From the NCBI GenBank assembly GCA_964035545.1, contig OZ037765.1:16678995-16742994 (forward strand): a stretch of 64,000 nucleotides of DNA, in the 5' to 3' direction. A program made the position numbers and the translations under genes. Source of the DNA: Bugula neritina. Lineage: Eukaryota; Animalia; Bryozoa. Below are positions 42,042 through 53,300 of this stretch, piece by piece (the stretch's first letter is position 1; the number at the start of each line of letters is the position of its first letter). The notes under the pieces were generated by a model that was given only the letters and a program-made list of their open reading frames with translations, was not told the origin of the DNA and did not search any database.

Positions 42042-42437
42042 ATGAAACATGATTTTAGAAATCTAAATGAAGTTATAGAGATGAAAGTCTTCATTAAAAA
42101 CGTAAAGAGTGCTATTGGTAGAGATGGATTAGATGATGGAGTATGTGTGTTTGAGAAAGTGATAGACCATAGGATAACATTGGAAGATATTGAAGAGGAA
42201 GATAATGATGAAGTTGTCTCCCCAATTAGTAACAAGAAGGCAACCTTTAAATCTACATTCTGCAATGTACTTGGTAACATCAGAAGAAAAATTAGGAACA
42301 GCAGTGACAGTGACACTAAAGCTATATCCTATAGACAAAAGAAAATACGTTGCTCCAAAATTAGACTAAATATAAAATGGCTAAAGGCTGTTAAATCTTG
42401 TTTTACAACAAGGAGTGATCAGTATTCTTTATACTGA
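42042..42437 (+). CDS. Hypothetical single-exon 131-aa protein
   Basis: Uninterrupted ATG-TGA ORF in AT-rich DNA, purine-rich codon usage, acidic patch (LEDIEEEDNDE) then basic tail; TATATAAAA at about 41811; no recognisable domain. Confidence 0.4.
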   Translation: MKHDFRNLNEVIEMKVFIKNVKSAIGRDGLDDGVCVFEKVIDHRITLEDIEEEDNDEVVSPISNKKATFKSTFCNVLGNIRRKIRNSSDSDTKAISYRQKKIRCSKIRLNIKWLKAVKSCFTTRSDQYSLY

Positions 42438-45400
42438 AATACCAGCGATTAGCTTGTATCTATTTGAATGTAAAACATTTATTTATTACTATGACTATAC
42501 ATATGTATACATGTATATATTTTTATTACCACACCATTATAGTACATACGTGTCAGTTAGATAAGAACTATAGCTAGTAGCAACTTGGATATGTATGCAT
42601 CCAGAATCTGCTAATTTTTTGGGTGGAGCCTCATTTATTTTTTATAATTGTACATGTATAGTAAAAATATTTTAGTGGAATAAACTATTATTATATTGAA
42701 TAATATACTAATTGAATTCATGTTGTAATATGACTCTTAAAAAAATTGATATAGCATGCATTAAATACATGGTGAAGTTTTCCCAGCTGCAAGTAAACAC
42801 TGGAATTGTTATTGACATAGTAATCACATGTGTTGGTAGCGTCTTGAATGTCAAACTACACCCAACTTAATGGCAGCTCACCGAAAACACAGCAGCTGCA
42901 AAAACATGGATATGATTTACACTAAATTTAATAAACCTTTGTATTTTTACGCAAAAAAACAAATACATGTTTTTCGTAATTATAATGTGCGTGTTTGTGT
43001 GTGTGTGTGTAGCTGACATCCACATGTGCAATGCAACACTAATATGCAGACTAAATGCATTATAACAACAATTTTTTGTTTGAAATGATCAAATGCAATG
43101 CACAGGTTGTATATATTTATTTGTGCTATTAATTGCTGGCACTTCATTGTTTTATTGCATCACAAAATTTAGTTCTGTTTAACTAACAAGGTTCAACTAA
43201 TAGTATGCACATGATTTTGTTAATCAAGTGAAGTATGCAAGAATTTCTGATCAATAATTGATATTTAATCTGTAATAATGTTTAAATGTGTATACTTCTT
43301 TGTTTCCTAATCAGAAGGTAAAGAAAATAAGAACATATTTTATTAATTCAATAGATTTGAGTAACTGTAGCCTGCATGATTTGTAAATAAATAGAATTTT
43401 TTACTTAATGTTTAGCACATGTACTGGATCAATCTCTTCGCAGGTTAGTGACATTTAAGCACATCACATTCTTCACCAGGCTTTTACAAAATAGTAAGCA
43501 TAATTGGTTGCATGTCTAACAGCCATTTCACAATGGTTTTAACTAAACCTTCAAGGTATTGTGACATTCTTACTATTTCCTCCATGTGCTAATGCTTGAA
43601 TCAGATAGAGTTTCACTACACAATATGTGGGATTCAGTTTATTGTGGCTAAAACCACCATATATCATTTATAAAAGTTTAGCAATAAAATAGAGTAGCAT
43701 GAATATATATATATATATTCAATAATACTACTTTCTAAATTGATTATTAAAGTTCATGATGATGTGCTTATTAGGATCAAATTCTATCACAATGTCTTCT
43801 GGTGCCTTCTCCGTCTAAATCATCTGTGAATTCAGTTACTTGCTGTACTTTTCTCTTTTAAAACTGCTCCTGATTCTGTAATGAGAAAACACATGAATGT
43901 GAAACAAAGAAAAACAGCATGCATTAGAATTTGTATTTACTACCAGAATATAAGGCAGGAAATAACTTGAATAAAACTTTCAATCGCTGTCGTACAGCTG
44001 AGCATACTGGCATAGATGTGAAATATACTGATTTCTGAAAACTCTAATTAACTTTAGAAAGTTGTGGCCACCGCCAGGTATGATGCAATAACTCTATTGG
44101 GAAACTGAGTTCAGCCAAAGCCAGGATTTGAATCACAAATAACATGTTTTGCATTTCTTTTAAGCTTTTGGAATTTGCTTCAAGCTCTTATTTTACTCTT
44201 GCATAGGTTTGCAGGATCATGGCGGTAAAAAGTGACATAGTCTGGCAGAACTGGGGGTTAGGTTCGCAATCTCGGATAAAGTTTTTTCTCTTTTGATTAT
44301 TTATCTTGAGGGTCCAGGTAGATGTTTCCAGGTGAGTGTGGACCTGCCACCTTTGAGCATTTCGAGAAATCCAAGATGGCCGCCAATTATGAAAAAATCG
44401 TAATCTAGTCGGCATAAAGTCTACATTATGTTGCAAAAACAAAATTTTTTTGATGATTAAAATAGATATATGCATTTTTAGAATGAATATGTGCCATGCC
44501 AGTAAAAAGGAATCAAAGTAAAAAACCAAGAGACATGTTTCTCAGCTCAAAAATCGGAATTGCTTCAATGAAACATCACATATGGTGCAGAGAAATGATA
44601 CAAGGTTTTTGAATAACTGTTTAGACACTGGACAGATATATAAAGAAAAACATTGCTTATTGCCAGTGAATAGAAAGTGAAAAAAAGATACAGATGCAGC
44701 ATATTGCTCAGCTAAAGTTAAAATTGAACATATTATATATAATCGTACAAATGCGACAAACTTTCACTCATGTTCATATTAAACACCTTTTTCATTTTTT
44801 TCTATCATTAGCATTTGTTAGAAATGTTAGTTCATTGCAGCACACTCCTGTTATACTGCTTCACAAGGGCAGAACTCTGTGCATAGGATAGATGTACTAG
44901 AATAGCCATATCGTGTTGTTTTGCATGATTGTTGGCTTCCACAGGAGCATTTAATGAATTTGGGCCATTTTACTTTATTTAGTACACGTCAGCAGATTAT
45001 GATTAAACATTTTAAAGTTTGCTCAAAATTCATGAAAACTTACTATATGGGGTAATAGAATTCGCTGATTCTATCTATGCATAACAAAAATGACTGGGAA
45101 GAAGTCCTGCAACATTTAAGGGCAGCGTCATTGTCATACGAGCTAAATATGCATTTGTGAATCATCACGGCCTATATAATATCCCAATGTAATAATAAAT
45201 TAGGAACAGACATAGAAAATCATGCATAATTGGAAAAGCCTTAATTAATCAGTTTTATTTGTTAAAATTTTAATAGTTTGAGGCAAAAATCTATATACAA
45301 TAGCAGCTAAATTGTAAAAACTCGCCAAAAGCTAGAGTCGTCGAGTGTACACCAAATTAACTCACATAATCCACTTCATAATACTGTCTGGTGTAAGCAC

Positions 45401-45474
45401 AACATCATTTCCTACTCCTTTTGGGAAAAGAGATTCTATTAGATTTTCTATCACCTACCAATTTTCTAGTGGGT

Positions 45475-46990
45475 TTAATGCCGCAGTTTCATATGGCTAC
45501 CTGGGGGTGTGCTCTGGTGACATTGTCCAATAGCTTCATCTGTAGGAGGCAAAGTACATAAGTTAAAGGCACATCGCAAATAGCATTGCTGACCTTGGTT
45601 TCCCAAGCCTTTTGTCTTGTAGATGTCATGGAGGAGCACTTTGCATAATTGTAGCAACATAGCATAAACTTGGTAGCTTGTATGAATAGTCATCCTGAAA
45701 AAAAGCACTAGTGTCACAAAATCACACTTTCCTTCTACCAAGACATTTAGTATGACTCCCTTTCCGATATTTTACAGTGTTGCTCCTGAGGGGCCATGGG
45801 AAGGCAGCAAATTGTTCATTATAGGGCTTTGTCTCAAACTTTCTCACCCAGTACGCTGTGGTCCAGGATGAGTAGCGGTTTTGCAGGGCACCAAGTGCTA
45901 TCAGAGAGTGTCATCTGATTCTATTGTCAACATCTTCATCTGAGAAGCCACATTTCAGTATGCCATCCTTCACTGTATCCATTAACCTTTTTTTGCCCAC
46001 CCCCTTCTCTTTCTCTTTCTCTGTATCTTCATCTCAGCCACCATTATAATATCTTCCTCCGTATCTCTTCTGCGCACATGTCCATACCATTGAAGAGGTC
46101 TCCTCCTCATGTCTATTGCGATAGCTTCTATTTTGGCCTCCTCCTTTATATTATCATTTGTTACATGGTCTTCCCAATTCATATTGTAAATGTTTCGAAG
46201 CATCCTCATCTCAGTTGCACTTATCTGCTTCAATATTGACAAGAGCAACTGGGTGGCATCATTCTTTGAGTGGGTCATTGCAGAGTTCAATCTTCCGTTT
46301 GACAGACTCCCTGTCCTTTGAATCAGATTGGATTCTTGATTGCATCTCATCCTTATGAGCAGTAAAAGCATTTATTTCAGACTCATCCCTGATGTCACTG
46401 CAGCCATACTGTATCTTGTTGCATGCAGAAGTGCTGTACACCCACACCTTGAGAGTTTCAGATTTAGTAGTGATGCCAATGATTTCCCCTCGCTGTGACC
46501 AAATCTCACGAAGGTCACCTCAATGGTCATGTCCGACCAGATGCCGTCGAGGTGGCAGCGTTTATGATGCATGGTGTGGTTACCAGCCGCGAATCCAATC
46601 CTTACATCTTGTGTCATGACCTCCATGCTATGCAGATAGTGCATTTCCTCTTCCATGTCTAGGTGTAAAGCCCAGTCTCCTTCTCTAACAGCTATGATGT
46701 GGGTGTTGATGGTAAAAATTGATCCAATAAAGCACATGACCCACAGTTTTGCTGTTCTTGAGCTCGATCTCTGCAATCTCAATCAACATCTTTTCAAAGT
46801 CCTTCATGCTAGTTATTACACTTTCTTCTAGACTAGCTTTAACAGTTCTCTCACCAATATTCTCAGACCTCGTAAATTCTGGGGAAACTTCTTCTATTTA
46901 GCACTTTGGAGAAACCACCAAAAGTAGAATTAACTACTTCTACCAAATCACTTTCAGCTATTAGTGTTCCAGTGCACCCAACATAAGTCA
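45475..46990 (-). pseudogene. Decayed Academ transposase fragments
   Basis: Minus-strand pieces AVREGDWALHL..M, GIWSDMTIEVTFVRFGHSEG, HKDEMQSRIQSDSKDR..DPL and LPPTDEA, broken by frameshifts, stops, deletions and a LINE insertion; family recognised from motif memory. Confidence 0.7.
45830..46230 (-). mobile_element. 5'-truncated RTE-clade LINE 3' end nested in the Academ element
   Basis: TEMRMLRNIYNMNWEDHVTNDNIKEE..RRRPLQWYGHVRRRD..KRKRRG..DTVKDG..DNRIR matches the RTE ORF C-terminus (EMRMLR, LRWxGHVxR, GxRxRGRP). Borders approximate. Confidence 0.8.
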
Positions 46991-48904
46991 TTAAAGGCGG
47001 AGAAATTAATAGTAAACATTAATGAAAGGGGATTGGTATGAAAAAGGTAGGGAACTACTGTTCTAATAGTTGTATTACTTCCCCCAGCATGAAATACATT
47101 CTCATTCATAAAAAAACTGTTTAAAAATGCTTTTAGAGGAAAAGTGAAATGTGCTGATTGTAGAATTAGTTTTCGAAAGCAAAAATGTCAATATATTTGT
47201 AATCAGCATATAAAATCACATCATATAGTAAATTTTCATGAAGTTAGAACAAACTGATGCAAAGATGCAAGGAAATTATAAACACGGCAAGGCTAGGTTA
47301 AACTTGAAAAAATGAATGATTAAGGCTTAGCTTAGTTACCCTTGGGTATCATTTGCCTATTACTCAATAATACATATGATAAAGGCACATGCATCTTTAT
47401 TATATTAATTTCTAAAGATTTCAAAGCATTGGAACCTTAAATTTGCCCCCAATGGGTAGGTACATTTGAATTAGAAAAAACGTTTGGTGCCTGGCGGCCA
47501 TCTTGAATTTCTCGAAATGCTCAAGGGTAAGAAGTCCACACCCACCTGGAAACATTTACCTAGACCCTATATTTGAATAATCAGAAGAGAAAAAAACTTT
47601 ATCCGGGATTGCGAACCTAAGTCAAAAATTGGCATTTTTCTGCCAGACTAACAATAGGTTTGCTACAAATCAAAAAACTTTGTGAGCAAGTGTTATACTG
47701 CTATACAGTTGTTTTTGGCCATGTCTGTAAAAATTGAATCATTGTTGTTATACAAGAATACAGCAGCTGCTTATATTGAAAGGTTTCTCTGTACTTAAAT
47801 ATTACCCTGACCATCTTATTATTTTCCTCACCCTCTCGATTGCTTTTTGCATTTGATTTGACTGCTGAAAGAGAATAATTAGATTGACGCTTATAATAAT
47901 TATAAACTATATCATTTTCTTTTGATCAGTTCAATTGCCAGAAAAAAACTTAATGCAATTTATTAGCGTTATAACTTATATCCAGAAGGCTGTATCCTGC
48001 CACTACATTGACACATCAATACATGTAACCAGTATCCTGGTTACCTCAAACAGGATGCACAGTGCATTATCATAATGAATTTATGAAGTAATAGGTTATA
48101 AGTATAAAATAAAGCAGTAAGTTGTATAAATTCTTCACAAAATTAGTATATGGTGCTTAGTGTACTGTAACATAATTTGTATCCTATCAGTTCTTTGAGG
48201 GAAAGAGAAAAACAAAACAATCATTAAAAGCAAACAAATTTATCTGCATGATATAGTGTAAGTTATCTTTTCTTCACGAGCTTTACTGCTTTGCCAGAGT
48301 TCCTACTAGAGGAAAATCCGAATCTTCGATTCAGGTTAGTCTTTTTCGCACTTCCGTAAACTCAAGCTTGCATCTTTACAGTTCATTTGAAGTTTTACAC
48401 AAGTTACAGCAGTCCTACTAGTACTAGTACTTAGCTTTACCTGTTTACCGTAATAATTAAATTAAGTGTTATAATTACTTTATCCAATTTGTGCCCTTAT
48501 TTATTTTCTGTATGCATAATTAGCTCTCAATGTTAAAAAATTGCCAAGTTTTTAACATAATGATAATGATAAAGTTAATGTTAAACAAATTGAAATTGAA
48601 ATTAAAACTTAATTACTTATACTTGTAGTTATACTTATAGTTATACCATTACTATTAGTATTGCATTTACTATTAATATTACTATTAGTATTAGTATTAC
48701 TGTTGCTAAATTATTATTACTATTAGACTTAGTATTGGTATTCCGTAGAAGTATAAGTATAAGTATAACTATAAGTATAAGTATTGAGGTAACTTATACT
48801 TATGCTTATAGTTATTTTTTTTCATTTTGTATGGTTATAATTATTGATTAATAATAATATTATTAGTGAGTGATCATTTTGTTATTTAATTTTAATATTG
48901 GTAT

Positions 48905-49209
48905 TGTGGTGGCTCGTGGAGCTACCAGCAACACAATACGCAAGGTTGCGTATTGACCCGGAACAATGTATTAGCCAATTAGCTAGGCTGTTTTATAAGT
49001 AATAGTAGCCGCTTCGCGCTACTAGCTCAGTTGAGGATAGTGCTGTAAACTAAATAGACGTGCGTATCATTACTGTTGTACATTGGATTTTTATTATGTA
49101 TTCTTGTATTAAATATAACGATATCTACTCGACTTAACTGGTGAAGTTTCTCTAGTGTTAAATAGACTCTCTTGGTGGCACATCAACCCTAAATCTGAAA
49201 ACTATAACA
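48905..49209 (+). repeat. 5' LTR (305 bp)
   Basis: TGTGGTGG...CTATAACA; identical by eye to 56049-56353; CCAAT (about 48975) and TTTATAA (about 48992) boxes. Confidence 0.98.
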
Positions 49210-49210
49210 G

Positions 49211-49228
49211 TGGTGGCAGCAGTGGGAT
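49211..49228 (+). promoter_or_regulatory. Primer-binding site complementary to a tRNA-Leu 3' end
   Basis: TGGTGGCAGCAGTGGGAT starts after a 1-nt spacer behind the LTR; its reverse complement ATCCCACTGCTGCCACCA resembles the 3' end of metazoan tRNA-Leu(AAG/TAG). Confidence 0.85.
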
Positions 49229-49242
49229 AGTGTATATCAAAG

Positions 49243-50109
49243 ATGGAGACTGAAAATGCTAGAATGCAACCACCCCCAGTAGAAGGTGAGCGTAGAAATG
49301 CTGTTAATCCTGTGAATCGTGAAGGAGAAGAAGCTTATAGACATTGCTTGAAAGCTCCCACCTTTACTGGGTCGGAAGATGTCGAACAATTTATACAAGA
49401 ATTTAGAGAGGTAATGGAAGTTGCTCAATGGCCGCATAGAGTGGCCCTTATCAAATTGCGGAGGGCGGTGACGGAGCAAGCCAAGCCGTACGGAGTGGGA
49501 ACGGACGTAGACGGCATACTGGCTGCGCTGCGGGCCCGTTTTGGCACCTCCGTCATAGACGCTAGGACCAAGCTGGAGAGATTGTGCCGCACCCCGCGGA
49601 CCTCGCTGCAAGAACATGCCGCGACGGTGAAGAAGCTGGCGCAGATTGCATATAGCGATCTGCCAGCACAACACCAAGAGCGTTACACCTATGACGCCTT
49701 TGTCCAGTCCCTAAACGACCTGGGCCTAGACCACCACCTACGAGCTAAAGGGATAACTAGAATAGAGGATGCCCTGAAGGCTGGAGAAGCTTACCTGTTG
49801 GCTACCCAAATGCATCGAGCACAGCGGAACCCACCAGTAGTTGGAGTCAGCGCTGCTCGGGCTACGACAGGCTCCGAAGCCCTCCCGCTGGAAGCCGAAG
49901 TGGACCGTATGGTAGAGATGCTGGGACAATTGGTAACCATTCTGGCCGGTGCTGGCCCCGGTCAGGCCTTGCGGATGCCCCCAACACCTGTGGGGCAAGG
50001 CTGGAGTAGCGCTGATCAGGACCAGGGACAGAAAGGACGACCCCAATACCAGGGGGCGTTAAACTGTCACGGCCCGCGGACACTCTCCCTCCCCGCGGGC
50101 CGCAACTAA
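49243..50109 (+). CDS. gag: Gag (288 aa), no CCHC knuckle
   Basis: First ORF after the PBS; KAPTFTGSEDVEQFIQEF..W..LRARFG..ESL-like TSLQEHA capsid pattern. Confidence 0.92.
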   Translation: METENARMQPPPVEGERRNAVNPVNREGEEAYRHCLKAPTFTGSEDVEQFIQEFREVMEVAQWPHRVALIKLRRAVTEQAKPYGVGTDVDGILAALRARFGTSVIDARTKLERLCRTPRTSLQEHAATVKKLAQIAYSDLPAQHQERYTYDAFVQSLNDLGLDHHLRAKGITRIEDALKAGEAYLLATQMHRAQRNPPVVGVSAARATTGSEALPLEAEVDRMVEMLGQLVTILAGAGPGQALRMPPTPVGQGWSSADQDQGQKGRPQYQGALNCHGPRTLSLPAGRN

Positions 50110-50115
50110 AGGAGT
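50058..50115 (+). promoter_or_regulatory. Predicted -1 ribosomal frameshift signal (G TTA AAC plus GC-rich hairpin or pseudoknot)
   Basis: Slippery heptamer 50058-50064 in gag phase, 6-nt spacer, perfect 9-bp stem GGCCCGCGG (50071-50079) / CCGCGGGCC (50093-50101); the -1 frame is open to 50519. Confidence 0.75.
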
Positions 50116-50397
50116 ATGGTGGAACACGCCGTCGTCTGTCCGTACGGACACGGCGGAACATTCTACCCGAGTGGCAGGTACCACGCAGGACTAGTAGGCC
50201 CGCACAACGGCCCAGTACCTTTTCCCTGCCACTCGCTAACCGGTTTCACCGGTTACCTCGGGAGGAGGAGCCCGCCACTGAAATGGAGCCAGAAGGCCCA
50301 GTGGAGAGGCCCAAACCCCGCCGGCACCAACCTCGCCGCCGGAAGCCCCGTAAACCACGGGTGAAACCCCCGCCGTCCTGTCAAACCAGGACAGCAC

Positions 50398-53300
50398 ATG
50401 CGGGGGGGGGTGAAAGTACAACCACATGGAGAGAGCTATTTCCTACCCGGAAAAGTGGCCGGCAACGCCGTCACTTTCCTGCTCGACTCCGGTTGTACTA
50501 CCAACCTTCTCAGCCGTAGAGTCTTTGAGGCACTGCCCCGCCGGGACAGGGATAGAGTACGACCGTATACTGGAGAACATGGCACCCTGGCAGACGGGTC
50601 ATGTATCCCCTTTTATGGTATTATCGAGCTCCCTGGGCGTGTCCGAGATCAGGCTGTACAGGAGACCTTTATCATAGGTCAACTGGAGGAAGATGCTATC
50701 CTCGGCATGCCCTTCTTGAAGCAACACCAGTGCCGAATAGATTTTAGTAAGTCGGTGGTGCTGATGGGCGGGCGAGAACTCGCCTGTGTGGATAAGTTTG
50801 GGCGTCCTCTGGTGGGCGGTGTTCAGGTAGTTCGGAACTGCACCGTACCCGGACGCTCCAGAGCTACTATCCACTGCCGAGTGAACAGCAACCGGATAGC
50901 CAGGCTCGGGGTCGTTGAAAGCGCGCACGAAAAGATCCAACTCGCCAGTAGTTTAAACCGACTAACTGAGCGAGGGGAGGTCTTAGTGCAGTGCGTCAAC
51001 CCCTTTACCGAGCCCATTGAGCTCCCAGCTGGGTCAATGCTGGGCCGGTTCCATTCCGTCCAGGAAGAGGACGTGGGCCCGTCGCTGGGTGACGCGACGG
51101 AGGCACCCCCTCGACACCCTATTCAGGGACGAGGGGCAGTCCCGACACATCTCCGGGAGTTATACGAAACAGCCAGTGGCGGCTGCGCGAGTAACAGAGA
51201 ACGCCAAGCTATGGCCAAGTTACTACGCGACTACGGTGATGTGTTCAGCAGCGGGGAGAATGACGTGGGACTGACTGGAATTGTCAGACACGAAATACCG
51301 CTGACTGCAGGGACAGCCCCTGTCCGGCAGCCCACGCGCAGGCTGGGGCCGGAGAAAGAGAAGGAGGTTAGCCGACAAGTACGGGATCTTCTGGACCGGG
51401 GACTGATAGAGCCCGCCCATAGTGCGTGGAGCTCGCCAGTCGTACTGGTCCGGAAGAAAGACGGCAGTTGGCGGTTCTGTGTGGACTACCGCAAACTCAA
51501 TAGCGTAACCATACAGGACGCCTACCCTCTACCTCGTATTGACGAGTCATTGGACGCCCTAGCCGGCAGCAAGTACTTCAGTACGTTAGACTTGCTAAGC
51601 GGCTATTGGCAGGTTCCTCTGAGTCCCGACGCCCAGGAGAAAGCGGCGTTTATCACACGGGACGGTTTGTGGAAGTGGAAGGTGTTGCCCTTCGGGTTAA
51701 CCTCCGCCCCAGCCACCTTCCAGAGGCTGATGGAACAAGTCCTTAGCGGACTCCATTGGAAGACACTGCTGGTCTACCTCGATGATGTCATCGTAATCTC
51801 TCCAGACTTCGAGACACATGTCAGTCGTCTGCAGGAGGTTTTCGAGAGACTCCGAGGTGCCGGTCTTAAGCTCAAACCTTCCAAGTGCGCTCTATTGCAG
51901 CCGGAGGTCAAGTACCTGGGGCACGTTGTCGGTCGAAACGGCGTGGCAACGGATCCCGAAAAGGTACGGGCAGTAGAAGACTGGGTCACCCCCCAAGACT
52001 TGACCGGACTCCGGGCTTTCTTGGGGCTGGTAGGGTATTACAGGCAATACATACCAGACTTTGCGGGCATAGCCCAGCCGTTAAACCGGCTTACCGCAAA
52101 GGGAGTGACGTGGCAGTGGACTCCAGTCGAACAAGAAGCGTTCGACCGCCTCAAGGGCTGCCTCCTAACGGCGCCCATCTTGGCCTACCCAGACCCCACT
52201 CTGGAGTACATCCTAGACACAGACGCCAGTGACCAGAATGTTGGCGCTGTGCTGTCGCAAGTGCAGGAAGGCCGAGAAGTAGTAGTAGCCTACTACAGCA
52301 AGTCTCTCTCTCCCGCTGAACGAAATTACTGCACTACCCGCAAGGAGCTGCTGGCAGTAATCAAGTCAGTGAAGCACTTCAGACCATACCTATATGGCAG
52401 GAAGTTCCGGCTGCGTACGGATCATGCCTCGCTGATCTGGTTGTGCAGGAGAGCAGAGCCCTCCAGTCAGGTCGCCCGGTGGCTCGAAATCCTAGCTGAA
52501 TTCTCATACCGGATCGAACACCGACCGGGCAAGAGACACAGCAATGCAGATGGGTTGAGTCGCCGACCTGACGGAGGTTGCAAACAGTGTCTCAACATCG
52601 AGAAGAGGGATGGAGGTCCCCCACGATGCGAGTTGGAGACGCTGGCTCATCACGGAGCACCGTTTGACTGGGATCAAGGTCAACTCAGGCAAAGAGTTGA
52701 TGAGTCCCCGGAGGATGTACAAAACCTCCGCGCCAACCCTGTACTGGCCGGTAATGTTCGAGAGCTGAAGAAGCTCCAAGAAGAGCTGCCGGGAGTCGTG
52801 GCAGACATCTACCGGGCCAAAAGGGAAGGGCGACGACCCAGCGAGGAACGCATACGACAGGGATGCGCCGAGTTCCGGCTATACTGTCAGCGTTGGGACT
52901 CGCTGCGGATCGGGCAGGATGGGTTTCTAACCATCTCTCTAGCTGCCAGCGGCAGACACCCGGAAAGGAAGAGGGTAGTCTGCCCCGCAGCCATCCGCCG
53001 TGAGTTGATTTGGGATACTCACAAGCAGGCCCACGCAGGGGTCAAGCGAGTGATATCCAAATTACGACTCCGGTGGTATTGGCCGCAGATGGAGCGTGAC
53101 GTCCGGCTCAGAGTCAAACAGTGTGAGATCTGCCAGGCCAGTAAGCATAGCCGCCCCCCTGGTGAAGCAGGACGGCGGAGGCTATATGCTGGTAGGCCCT
53201 GGCAAGTGGTCGCTGTAGACCTGGTCGGACCCATGCCCCTGACCCCCAGAGGCAATAATTGGATCCTAGTACTAACCGACCACTTTACTAGGTGGGCGGA

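Larger units (their letters stand above)
44238..47650 (-). mobile_element. Academ-type (AcademX-like) DNA transposon, internally deleted, 3413 bp
   Basis: Termini TAGTCTGGCAGAA...TTCTGCCAGACTA, about 150-bp imperfect TIRs (44238-44385 vs 47493-47650), 3-bp TSD ACA (44235-44237 / 47651-47653). TAG..CTA ends with 3-bp TSD are the described Academ hallmarks. Confidence 0.85.

Noticed and set aside
50116-50364. Separate 82-aa ORF, or double stop-codon readthrough linking gag to pol in frame 1
   Set aside because: Would need readthrough of both TAA (50107) and TGA (50362); the open -1 frame with slippery site and hairpin explains the region better.
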